From: Spirogloea muscicola
Lineage: Eukaryota
Length of the DNA stretch: 64,000 nt
Assembly: GCA_009602725.1 (NCBI GenBank)
Contig: WELB01000026.1
Location: forward strand, 619,580-683,579
Direction of reading: 5' to 3'
Part shown: in pieces, positions 1 to 11,284 of the stretch
Layout of the letters: each line of letters begins with the position of its first letter
Position numbering within the stretch: position 1 is the first letter of the stretch
Translations under genes and position numbers: made by a program
Notes under the pieces: model-generated
What the model was told of the DNA's origin: nothing
Seen by the model: the letters and a program-made list of their open reading frames with translations, nothing else
The model's database searches: none

Positions 1-510
1 TTGAGCCGACTGCCGCGCGCCCACCCCGCTCCCCCCCCTCCTCCCCCACTTGAGGTTGCTGAGATCCTTGTCCAGAGTCGTACCTCAAGTGCACCATCTA
101 CCAATATCTACCTACTTGGATAGCGTTCACAACCGTTTTGCCCAACATAGTAAGCGCTTGCTCTTATTATCTGACACCTAGGGCACATCAGACTACCAAG
201 CTGTCATGCTCAAAGTGCAGTGTGCATATCTAAAGTGTGTGACTTCTTTATGCATCATATGAGGCTGACGTTGCAGATTATAGGTTCCATTTGGAGGGTT
301 GCCCAGATGAGCGGTACAGATTACAGCACCTTTGCCATATGCAGTAAAGGTGCTGGCTTCATGAGCCGCTTGACCAATAATTCTCTACATTCCAATACAG
401 TTCCTCAAAGAATGTGGGCACAAGTCATGGCTTGTGGTGCCTGTGCAGCAAAAGTTTGTGTAGAATATTGCATTCCACTGACCCTCAACTGACCACCTCT
501 CGAAGAACCA

Positions 511-1866
511 TCAAAAGGCTGTGTTGGCTTTTGCTTGGGCAGCAGCATTGTCTTGCTGAGGATTGAAGTCAGGTGCTCCGCTGCTGCTGGCACTGGGGTT
601 GGTGCCAGGTAAGTGCAACCACCCAGATAAACCACGGCCCTTCAAGGAGGCCTCAATGGCCTCCATGCGCTGCTTCAATGTCCCCACCTGCCGCTCCAGC
701 TCTGCATCCTTGGCTTTCAATGCCTGCACTTAAGAGATGCAATGAAGTTGCTCCTCAAATCACTGAAGTTGTCGTAGTGTGTTCCGTGTCAGGTGGAAAG
801 TATTTCTTAGTCAGGACTTGGACCTATTGTAACCACTGTTCTTCCATTGCAGCCTTGTATGAAACTTGCACTTAGCACATGATTGCGCACACCTCGCGCT
901 CTTGTCGGCGAGCCTCCTCTTTTCTTGACTCAGAGATGGCACTTCTTGATACTTCAAATATGACCACGCTCGTCCCAACCTGTGAGTGCACGCCAAAGTG
1001 CAGACATATCCAGACGTGTTGAGCATGCACTGTGGAGAGTGGCTAGCAAGTGTGCTCCTCCTAGGTCAATGTTGCTTGCCCACTCCAACATGTTGCCCTA
1101 GCTCTCAGCAATTTGTATCCTAGGCCCTTTAGACTCTACAATTCTGCTTAAGCAAAGATGCTCTGCCATTTTTGCAAAGTGAAGCTTGCTGGGCATGGTG
1201 CAATACCGAGAAGATGATTAGCTCTCCAACTAGGTCTGCGGCAGTGGACACAGCCGCCTCCTCATTCAGGGGCTTGACTGCTATGTCGGATGTCACGCCA
1301 TAGAGCTGCCTTTGCAAGCTGACATTAAGCTTGTGATACCCCTGCAGGTGCACGACACATCAACTTACTGGAACAATAGGGCAATCATGTGTGCGCACTT
1401 GTGCAATTGCCTAGACATGAGCAGAAAGACCACCATGCCACAAGAGGATCTAAGTTGGTGCCTAGCACGCAGATACCGTGACGAGACACAGTATGGACGC
1501 ATCACTGGTCAGCGGTGCCAAGGCTCAAATAGAAGCCAGTACACAAGCACTCAAGAGGCGCTGCAGGCCCATCGAAGGTGGCCCTCTTTTCAGAGGGCAC
1601 ATCCCCTTGTTGCTTCAACTCTGCCTCGTTCAAAGATTGAGGTGCCAGGCCTGAATCGAGTTGCCAACTTGCAAATTTGCATGGCTGCACTGTTGAAGAT
1701 GAGTAGGAGCAAGCCAAGGGGAGGAGCCTTGACGTGCCTGCGCGAAGTTGACGATGGCTTCCCGGAACTTGGGGTGGCTAGCAGCGCGGCGCTTCACCTG
1801 CGTGGCCAGCGGCTTGCTCAGGGTCCGCAGCAACAGTGTCCCAAGCTTCGCGAAGGGCAGAATCAT
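511..1866 (-). CDS. OPA3: OPA3-like mitochondrial protein, 4 exons (1866-1738, 1341-1207, 979-893, 723-511)
   Basis: Spliced translation MILPFAKLGTLLLRTLSKPLATQVKRRAASHPKFRE...|GYHKLNVSLQRQLYG...KPLNEEAAVSTAADLVGELIIFS|VGTSVVIFEVSRSAISESRKEE...|ALKAKDAELERQV matches plant OPA3 family motifs. Intron 1 has a GC donor (CAG|GCACGT). Confidence 0.92.
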
Positions 1867-2242
1867 GGTGTCGCCTTCGGCGCCGTCGCGGTAGCCGCCG
1901 ACGCCGCCACTGTTACCGCCGGTGGCGCGGCTCTCATGCTCCCCTTGCTGCGTCACTTGCAGGTGCCCCGCACTTAGGCCCAGGCCTCTCTGCTCGACGT
2001 GAACCTAAGTGCCAGTGCGCTCGCACGAGCCGGCCCTACGCGAAAGCCGCTGCCGCCCCCACCGCAGGCTTCAAGTGCGCAGCCTGCTGCCACCGCAAGT
2101 GGGTTTGGCCAATCGAGGTGCCGCAAGAGGGCCAACGCCAAGCCAACGAGGGCAGAAGCAGCCCAGCGCCGGTGGCTTGAACGACGAAAGGCGTTGCGCG
2201 GGCCGAGCGCCAGAAGCACGTCGCAGGGGGTCGGGCCCGCGA

Positions 2243-2273
<31 letters not shown>

Positions 2274-2311
2274 GGGTGCGAGGCGGGGGCACGGCTGACC
2301 AGGCAGCTCGT

Positions 2312-2355
2312 AAGACGAACGAAATGAACGAAATGAAGACGAACGAAATGAAATG
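2312..2355. repeat. Short tandem repeat of GAACGAAAT-like units
   Basis: aagacgaacgaaatgaacgaaatgaagacgaacgaaatgaaatg, read directly. Confidence 0.8.
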
Positions 2356-3105
2356 GAGACCGAGCCGAGCCAGTACACTTTTTAAAGGCCCCAAAACTAG
2401 TGACAAAGAATGTGGCAAAACACGGATATGGTCGAGGCACTGGGCTACGAGGGGCAAAACACGGCTAGTTTAAGTCGTTTGCCACTGGGCGCGGAGAGGC
2501 TCTGGAGACGGGATAGGCATCGGCCACTCCCACTGATGCCTTGTTAGACGGCCTCCCCGTTCGAAGCGGAAGGTCCCGCTTGCGCAACGGGCACGTCAAG
2601 GCAGCTGCTCCACCCAGCTGGCTGGAACGACCGCCCGACGGCTTCCCGCCCATCAGGTGGCGCCCTCCGCACGGCACCGCCTCGCCCAGGCAGACGGCCG
2701 CCTCACCTGCGGCAGCTTCGTTGTGTCCCGCGACCTCCTAACAATCTCCGAACTGGAAGTGTTCCCCAGTGCTTGCCTTTGATTACCACTGTACTGAATG
2801 CCGGCGGATCGCCAAGCTCAGGCTGCCGGCGGAGCAAGAAAACCGGGATGACATTGGGTTGGGGAAATCCAACGGCAATGTAGCAACAAATACTGCAAGA
2901 ACAATGTCCAGGGGTCCGAGGGCGGGTGAAGAAGGCACCGTACTCTTCATCTCGGATTCCCCCTACATAGCCCGACGGACTGCAGGTCTCTCGCATTCTG
3001 GCCTTACTGGCCGTGTGGAATGTATGGCACGGACGGCTTCTCTTCAACAATCTGTTCATAGGCTGTCGGCGGTTAAATTTTGGTCTATCAATGACAATCT
3101 CATCG

Positions 3106-3150
3106 TTTTAGGGTTTAAGGCTTAGGCTTAGGGTTTAGGATTTAGGGTTC
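3106..3150 (+). repeat. Degenerate interstitial telomere-like (TTTAGGG) tract
   Basis: ttttagggtttaaggcttaggcttagggtttaggatttagggttc. Confidence 0.8.
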
Positions 3151-3740
3151 AGACCGACATGCTGTTGTTCCCCTGTCAATTACCCAGTAATGCCCGTCAA
3201 CAGAGCCACTGACGGGCTTTGTCCAAGCCAATGTTGTCATTTACTTTTAAGGTACTTGCAGATTTGCCCCCCGTCCTCAATACTACAAGCATGTGTTGCT
3301 CTTGTCAGGTACATACCCCGTTTCTTTGACATAGAATTCAACGGCTCTTACCGCGCCTGCAACTGGAACTGTCCACTCAACGTTCCCCACTCAACGTTCC
3401 TTGAAGGGCAAGACTACATCAGCTAACAAAATGTTGCAGGCAGGCGACATGAACAAAAGAATGCTGTTTTACAGGCAGCAGGGTGCCTTCTCAGACAACG
3501 TCATCCTGCCATCCTCCACTTGCACAGATCATGTATACTACACAGTAGCCAACGTAAGGAGATTCATGACTTACGATCAAGGAGTCAATGCGCGTGACCA
3601 TGTTGGGATGACAAGCAAAACCTGATGACAGTATCTTTTACTCTCTATAGTAAGAATCTCCATTCAAAGATTGACCTGATAAAAACACCAGTGAACCACT
3701 GCATCATGCATTGTGTCCTTCGACAGTAGCAGCACGCTCA

Positions 3741-6539
3741 TTAGATGCCCATAGACCTGGGAGCAAGGGGAACCCGTAAAGACGCTGGAGGCCTTGTATA
3801 CTTGGTTGATGGTGGCAATGGATAGGCATTCTTGGCGCCACTGCTTGTGTCAAAGGTGAGCCAAAGCGAGGCATCAATGAAAGCATAGGAGATCAAGTTG
3901 CTGAGTTCTGCAGGTTTGTGATATTTTCCGATCATGTTGTTCACGTTGGCAGCTCCAGGCCCCCAGCACGCATGCTGCGTGCCAATGAAAGGAGAAGGGG
4001 ATCAGCAGTGGCCTGTTCTATCTTGCAAATAGCTGTAATGGTGAAGTCAATGCTGCACTGGATAGAAGACCAGACTAGCAACACCAGTGCTTGATAATGT
4101 GAACACCCGGAAAAGCTGGACGCATGCTTACTAGTGACAATCACTGCCTCAGCACCATATCAGTAGACACACCAACCTTGATCATCGTTGACGACTTTGC
4201 CTGTTTGACTCGCAAACCAACTGTTCCCCAGGTTCCTAGAGTGATCGTGTCATCTAAAAACGAGTAGGCAAAGATGATGCGTGCTGCTGCACCCCATGCC
4301 CTCCCAAGAAGTGCCTGCAAGTAGAGCAAGCATGGTCCACGGTGTGTGTGTGTCATGCAACCAATGACAGGCATGGCAGATAATTGTCACATGTCTAAGG
4401 AAGACCTTGATTGCACAGCTTCTCGGGCACGCTATGATTCCCTCATCATGTGTGGCGCCTTGCCTGTTGCTGTCTGCTAGCTGGCTTGTTTACGTGCAAA
4501 GACCTTCTATCAAACAACAGCAGGGAATACAAATCTCTCGATAGTCGTGGAGAAGCCTGCGAGACTCCTGTGACATTGCAACGGAGGAAGACGAAGCCTG
4601 TCGCTTGTGAGAGGTCACTCCGAGCTTGTGCAGTGTAGGCACCCTGTGCTCGGGCATACAGCGTGCATTCCTGCAATATGTACTGCACACATATCAGAGT
4701 GAAGGCAGAAATACACATGTAGTGCACACATGCCTGACTAGATGCAGAAGCTTAAAGCTCTCAGGCTCAATAGTGTGTTCTGTAGAGGCTCTTCGGAAGT
4801 TCTCTGCAACTGTCTGTACATGCGCTACGACCTTCATCAAGTTCTCAAGTGAGGCCTACTAGGCGTCCACTGAAAACCATCACGGTGCAGCCATACAGTG
4901 CAGTGAATAGCGGAGCTAGTACAAATTGTGCAGCTTGGCATTGGAGATGCGGTTAGCGGACAGAAATATACTCACGTGCAGCATAAGTGCAGCCCCCAGC
5001 ATACTTCTAAGAACGTCAAACAGGCTTCTAGAAGACTTACTGTTGCCTACTCAGAGGCAGCCAACTTAAGTCCATAGCCTCAGCAGTACCAGCCAAGCAC
5101 ATCAAGCTTGTTGGCTGTTCACATAGTACATACGAACCTCGTATATACTCGTGCCATTTCCAAAGATGAAGTCGACAGAGCCCGCGAAGTAACAATATCT
5201 GAAGTAATGACGCCCCTGGCCTCCAGGAGAACACAAATGCATCCGTAAGCTAGATGGTTGTCAAGCCGCTAAGGGACACGGCCTGTTGTGCGCCTGATGC
5301 AGGTACCACTATTTGTAAGATACCACATGCTGTCATGCATTGTCATGGAATGGAGGTCTTGAGCTGCTCACAACAGAGGGTGCACGTGACTAGGCAGGAG
5401 GCCAGCTTCTGTTCTTGGCATGCACGCTTGCCTTCTGCAGCATCTTGTCAAACACAAATCGGCACTACTTCATCATTCTATCCACTTAACGCTCTTACAA
5501 GTGGACTGCAAGTCGACACATACTTGATGATCACTGCAAGTGTCTTGCCATCCCAGGAAACGGCAATTGTAGAATGCAGCCATATCTCCACTGATGCGAA
5601 AGGCCAACGCTTGATGGGTTCTATCAGAGGGTGGTGCTGGACGGTGATCGTTCTTCATCAACATAAAGTAACAATGAGTAGTTTCAGTATCCTGTCTGTC
5701 AGAAAGGCTGTCTGAAAGACGAGAATAAAGCGGTACTGAGCACTAGTATTCCAGTGAAGCACTAATTCCTATCACTACAGCCATGCCAACAGTGGTGAAG
5801 CTGTTGCGATATCTTGATCAACAACAATTTGAGTGAGAGGTATATCATCCTCAGGCCAACCTGGAATGTTATTTGATAAGCAGTAAAATGAGCTGCATCA
5901 ACACACACTGAACAGGACAAAAAGGTCCCAAGTACTTTGCCACTTGCGATGGGCATTCCGGCCCAGTCACTGTAGACAATAGTAGTGGTAAAAGCGTCCG
6001 ATCCCCGCAAAGTTATGAAAGGCTTACTACTCGGTATGTGCACCTTCTCGCTGCGGAGCACAAAGCCAAACCGTTAGCCAGTCCTGCATGTATTGTTAAA
6101 CACATGCTGCGAGAACCTGGAGAACAGCCACTTTGGAGAAACCTCGTCAAGTCACATCGTGCACAAATTCGAAGTCGAAGATGAGGCAATGACTTTATTG
6201 TGCATCCATTCAAGGTCTGGAGATGCTGTAGTTGCTACACGTGCTCTCGATAAACTAGGCGTCAATCTGTTCTCACCGGTACATGCCTGGCTTGAGGACG
6301 ATCACCACCTCCGAGGGGCTGTTAGCAGGGACTGCATTGATGGCTTCTTGTACGCTTGTGTGTGTTCCTGATCCGTCCTTTGCCACTACATACTGTGCAC
6401 CGGTTCTGACTGTTTGAGTAGGTTGTGTCTTGTGATGTCGGTCAGCTTCCACGTTGGGAGGGTGGTGGCCCCGCGTCACAGCATCGGCGCCACCAGCGGC
6501 AGCAAAGAGCACGTAGAGTATAACGAGCAAGCTGCTCAT
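3741..6539 (-). CDS. Pectin methylesterase (CE8), paralog 1, about 7 exons, signal peptide, no PMEI pro-domain; divergent
   Basis: [17 protein letters not shown] signal; [66 protein letters not shown] (about 5140-5215); [19 protein letters not shown]; last exon HACWGPG...[10 protein letters not shown] (3974-3741). Confidence 0.9.
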
Positions 6540-6559
6540 GCAGCCGGTGAACCAACGGT

Positions 6560-6755
6560 TGCCACACACGTCCTTGCTGAACGTCGCAGACAAGCCCAAA
6601 TGCATGTGCATGCTGAAGAAGCTGGTCCAGTCACAAGCAGGCTCAGCCAACGACCTCAACACCCGACGCTTCCACCTCCAGTGCTCGGATCGGGCAACAA
6701 CGGCGTGGTTCACCAAAAGCGGCTTCCACCGTGGGCAAGCGTCAATATCCACCCT
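6560..6755 (-). mobile_element. Highly decayed CRE/RLE retrotransposon 3' fragment (tentative)
   Basis: Translation (V/M)DIDACPRWKPLLVNHA...FSMHMHLGLSATFSK loosely parallels MDIYGDYGTKWSSLLHRLA...YRMRLSLSLQR of the 9281-9850 ORF. Confidence 0.35.
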
Positions 6756-6844
6756 TCAGGGGTAGCCCGCGAGGCGATAGTAAAGGCCTCGCTGGCAGCG
6801 CCGTGCACGCGGTGATGCCTCGGCGCAGCTCTGGAGGGCGGCAG

Positions 6845-6930
6845 TGAGAAGTGAGCTCTTCCAAAGGGCGCTGGGGGCTGTGAGAAGCCAGCCCAAAAGG
6901 AGTGCACGAGGTCCAAAAGGCCAGAAGGTG
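6845..6930 (-). repeat. Dispersed ~90-bp repeat copy
   Basis: Minus strand: tggccttttggacctcgtgcactccttttgggctggcttctcacagcccccagcgccctttggaagagctcacttct; similar copies near 8240, 18560, 42760, 49425, 49970, 59050 and 59440. Confidence 0.85.
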
Positions 6931-7319
6931 CCATAATTAGTGGAGTTCCCATCATGATCAGCCGCCTTGGCGCTGTCCCCCCTCTTCCCCTGGCTCCCGA
7001 TGGGCCGGTCCCAATCGGGCCCCGGGCCAGGCAAGCTGTCGCAGGTGGTACTTGACCTCATGTCTGACTTTTGCTCAGCGCAACCCGGGTCCATGCCGGC
7101 TGACTCGACACCGCCAGCGTTGACCGGGCGTCCGGCGCGGCACCATGTGGGCGATTCGGTGGCCGATGCTGCTGCCACCACGCGGCACCGTTGATTTCCA
7201 GGGGATGCTCCCCCCGCCGTGCAGGTGCGCGAGTGCCCCCTAGCGCGTGCCAGCTTAGGGCCCAACCGAAGTCGCCTCCTGAGGTCTCGAGGGGTGCATA
7301 TGAGTTGCGTGCTTTTACA

Positions 7320-7430
7320 TCAAGCGAGCAGCTGGGCTGTTCTATGGCGACGACGCGCGTCAACCAGTCGGGCCAGATGCTGGATGAGGGAGGACCATCT
7401 CATACCGTAGCCACCATAAGTATCCCTTCG
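7320..7430 (-). mobile_element. CRE/RLE retrotransposon fragment
   Basis: DTYGGYGMRWSSLIQHLARLVDARRR closely matches DIYGDYGTKWSSLLHRLALHVDARRR of the ORF at 9281-9850. Confidence 0.8.
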
Positions 7431-8239
7431 AGTTTTGGACTTCGAATATTTTATTCCTTTAATCTGGGCTGGCCACTCACAGCCATCGCCCTCTACTGAT
7501 GTATTCTTCTTTCTCTTTGTACTGTAAATCACGGCTATGTTGGCAGGCTCTGCCCTCGTGCGTGATGATATGAGGACCAACTGTGCCAGGGGCATATTCA
7601 GCAGGAAGCTTGGTCCACCAAATGCAGCTCCTTGTAAATTTCCTCAGCCTCAACTGAATTTGAGAGATGCGATCTAGCTAGATGCGATCTAGCGACAAGG
7701 AGTCGTGCGCGAATGCTAGCGGCTCGTTGACGTTTGCATCCAATCATGATAGACAACGACATTTCTCTGAGATCGTGCTCAGTGACCAACATCAGAGAGA
7801 CCGTCTGAAGATAGGCTGCTAGTCAGTCGGGCCCACGTTTCGAACAAGCTCAACTGTGTAGCTAAGTTTTGGCGTCGCAAGCAACAAAGGCAAGAGCGTA
7901 GACTCATGCAGTGATGCAGTGCCCTCGATCACAAGACAACGACGTTGGTGCAGAATCAACGACTTCCTGACAAGAAGTCTGACATAATCAGGCCTCAGAC
8001 CACAGCCTTGACCAACTGAATCTGAAGGTTGGTCTTCTACTTAGGTCTTTGGTTCTATGGGTTGTGAGTTATAACATGCAGCATGACAATGCTCACGGCA
8101 AATCCTCACGAATTTTCACGCGGAGCAAGCGAAGGTTCACTAGCTGCTGCTCCTGCCCATGGCTCAACGCCCCTCCTAAAGCGTGGCGCTGGTGCAGGGT
8201 GGATCTCAGCAAGATGACGAAACTTGCCAAGCGGACTGC

Positions 8240-8335
8240 TTGAAGAACTGACGCTTCCAGTAGAGGGCGGTGGCTGTGAGAGGCCAGCCCAGGAAAAAGA
8301 ATGAACAAACTTCGAAGGGGCCAGAGAAAGCTCTA
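8240..8335 (-). repeat. Dispersed ~90-bp repeat copy just downstream of a retroelement ORF stop
   Basis: Minus strand: tggccccttcgaagtttgttcattctttttcctgggctggcctctcacagccaccgccctctactggaagcgtcagttct. Confidence 0.8.
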
Positions 8336-8368
8336 AAGCCCACGGTGATTCAAGTATCCACGAAGCAC

Positions 8369-8570
8369 TCAGTAAATTCTGTTGAGCAGCCGCAGGTCGG
8401 AGACAATAGTCTCCCAGTAGCGGGCCCCCTCGCCAGAGCCAGAGGCTGCAGCCAATGCGCGACCAGCACGCAGATGCAACGCGCGTGCCATTGACCGCTG
8501 CAGCGAGACTGACAGGCGCATGCGATACACCTGAGCGAGAGATCCTGCTGCGTTTAGGTCTGCGGATGTC
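8369..8570 (-). mobile_element. CRE/RLE retrotransposon ORF 3' end (5'-truncated)
   Basis: ADLNAAGSLAQVYRMRLSVSLQRSMARALHLRAGRALAAASG, nearly identical at protein level to the 49184-49430 copy. Confidence 0.85.
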
Positions 8571-8635
8571 AGCCTCCAACAGGCTCTGCTCGGCCTGCTG
8601 GACCACCCGGCACTCCATACAACGCCTGCCGCCCT

Positions 8636-9850
8636 CCTCCAATTGACACGCCCCACAGGCAAGGGCGGCCTTGGCTGCCGCTCTCTGGCTCACCTGGCTC
8701 GCGCGGCGCACCTGGGGTGTTGGGCCCAAGTGGCCTCCACAGTCCCAACGCGCTTCATCAGGAGGGGTCAGCCAGTACTGGCACCAGCAATAGCTGGCGT
8801 GGCAAATGGGACCCTGCCCTTTCAAATCTCCCCCTCTGACGTTCGCAGAGACCTTCTCCGCTCCTTCCCATCACTTGCGGCAGATCAGGTCGACTTTGCA
8901 GCGTGGGCAAGATGCTCTGACATGAAGGCTCAAGCTCGCATTTCAAGCGCAGCCAATGAGCAAGCCATGAGCCACCTCAAAGCTCTGCTCAAGGATGATG
9001 GGAGTGGGCTCTCTCGTCTCCACTCCATCAGCTCTCCGGGGGCGTCGGAGTGGCTCGACGCTTTGCCGATTTACGAATCCCTCCGGCTCTCCGACTTCTT
9101 CCGGACGGCTGTCCACCACCATCTCGGCCTCCCTCCACTTTGTTTGGCTGGCATTCGACAGTGTGAACGTCGTTCAGAGGATGAGATATCTTTGGCAGCT
9201 CACATGCTTCGATGGTTTGAGGGAAGTGAACGTGACTGCCTCCCACAAACTTCCCAGTTCTTAGAGACGCTACATATGGCTTGGTGCGCGAGGCAGGTTA
9301 TAATGCGGCCATGGAGGTGCCGGGCATTTTGCCGGTAGTCCAGAAGCGTGGCAGGCCTTACGTCAGGCGTCTGGATGTGGTGGCCACCCCCCGGAGTGGT
9401 GGGCCTCGTCTTCTCCTCGACGTCGTTCTCATCGACGCATTCCAACCAGGGGCACCCACACCGACTGTGCCAGGCAGTGCGACACATCATGCGGAGAGGA
9501 AGAAGGAGAGGCACTATAATGACCACACCCGGGGCGACCACTTCTTCCCATGCGCCATGGACATATACGGCGACTACGGAACGAAGTGGTCTTCCCTCCT
9601 CCATCGCCTGGCACTGCATGTCGATGCCCGCCGACGTAGTCGGGCGGGTAGCTTAGGGCATTCTAGCGTCCCGCAAGCCATCGTTGCATGCTATAGAATG
9701 CGGCTATCATTGAGTCTACAGCGCTCCCAGGCACTCGCGATACACCAGCGTGCTGGTCGTGCATTAGCCCAGGCTCATGGCTTCCGTGGTGGTGGTTTGG
9801 CTCCTCAGTATAGCTTGTCACATATGCATGTGCTCACTCGGGGATATTAG
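8636..9850 (+). mobile_element. 5'-truncated, frameshifted non-LTR retrotransposon of CRE-like clade (post-RT region, degenerate Zn knuckle, restriction-like endonuclease)
   Basis: GKGGLGCRSL...AHLGCWA; SPGASEWLDALP...LSDFFRTAV.HLGLP; after a frameshift near 9250-9290, RRLDVV...LLLDVV...AERKKERHY...FFPCAMDIYG...RLSLSLQRSQALAI. These are typical C-terminal motifs of CRE-clade elements. The RT core is absent. Confidence 0.82.
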
Positions 9851-10045
9851 TGTCCCCCTTAGCCCAGCTCATTACCCAGTAAAAAGGACATCTGGAAGGC
9901 CAGAATTGGCCTCCCTTTGATTTCATGCGCACCGCGCGCCTTCCCCCCCCTGCGTTGAAGTCAGGCTGCTCCCCGTGGACTGCTTGGCTTGGGCCCCCTT
10001 CCTACTTAGTACCCGTCTCAGCGATATCTAACGTTGTTAGTCGCG

Positions 10046-10298
10046 CAAGGATTCAGCCGACAGCTGAGCTGATTGGCCTTCTCTGGACTAATTATTACAC
10101 CCACGAATCTATCCGACGATGAAGCATAGGCTCCAGCGTTTTGTTCCGCAGTCGCCTCGCCACCGCTTCTGCTGCCGCCCCTCTCCTGGGTGGTCGAGTT
10201 GCCCTTTCTGCTGGGCTTCCCTCGTTGCACGTAGAATGCCTACAGGCGTTGTGCACGGGCCAGGATTCAGCCGACGGTCAAGCTGATAGGCCCTTCTC
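10046..10298 (+). repeat. Imperfect ~38-bp direct repeat pair (10046-10083, 10261-10298)
   Basis: caaggattcagccgacagctgagctgattggccttctc vs caggattcagccgacggtcaagctgataggcccttctc. Confidence 0.75.
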
Positions 10299-11284
10299 AG
10301 AGACCACCTACCTGCCTAGGAAGCAAGCGCGGCCAGATTAACTGGTGGCTGGGAGAAGTGGTCTGCCTAGTGGTCAATCCAACCATGGCGGTTGGCTCCA
10401 GCTTTCGCTTTGAGGTCGCATCACACCGCTCCTGTTGCGCCCCCCCCAATAGTGAAACATAACTAGTAACAGTGGCCTTTCTGATCCAATCCCTCCTTGC
10501 GCATATCATGATTTTCTGAGTGTAGGCATTGCGTATAGGTGTTGGCTCTTGTTCACATTTTTCTGGCCGATGTAAAGCGGTTTTGTTGAGCGCTTCAATA
10601 TGAACTTGATCAGAAAAAGGTTTCCCATAGCTCACCTCAATCACACCACAGAAATGTGAATCATGAAAGATCATGCAAGCAACCAGCTCAGCCTTGTTAG
10701 TCAGATCGACATGAATAAGCCACCGGCAGAGTTTAGCACTGACAGTCCCTTGGGCTCCAGTCTCACTCTGTACACATGCAGCATGCCAACAGCCCCATAC
10801 TTTTAGGCTCACTGAGATCCAGCTTATGTGAGCTCGATGCGGCTACGTTCGTTAAGTACATGGATGGTGCTTCCTGCCATATCGAGTGGCCAGAAGCTGG
10901 GCCACATTGTACTGGCACGTGAGTATGCCAACATACTCACGTGCTGTGAAAGTATTTCATGTGTACCCTCCTGCTGCCACATTGACAATGTATGCTGCTC
11001 TTCTCCCTAGCCAACGAGGTTCTGACCAGCGAAAGGCTGTGGGCACATTTCGTCGTTACTCAAGATGGACTAGCACCGAATCACATTCTTTTTGGCTGAC
11101 AATTTGGTATGGACTTGAGGTGACATTATCGATGCTTGAAGAGCATTCGGCATGACATCATGCAAGTTAGGCCAGCCATCCACTCGATACACTTCATACT
11201 GCGTCAATGCTCTGACAGCCTACGCAAGCAGCAGAAATGTGAGATGGCATGAAAACAGAGTGATCGTTATAAGCCACTTGTCAT

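Noticed and set aside
2312..2355. Possible CRISPR-like repeat
   Set aside because: Contiguous short tandem units with no unique spacers, in a eukaryotic context.
2480..3625. Exon-like pieces between OPA3 and PME1 (e.g. AVRAVEFYVKETG and IEDGGQICKYLK on the minus strand)
   Set aside because: Splice phases could not be joined consistently and I recognised no family.
3622..3640. CTGATGA hammerhead-core-like strings (also about 11781 and 43293)
   Set aside because: I could not identify flanking stems or a GAAA partner.
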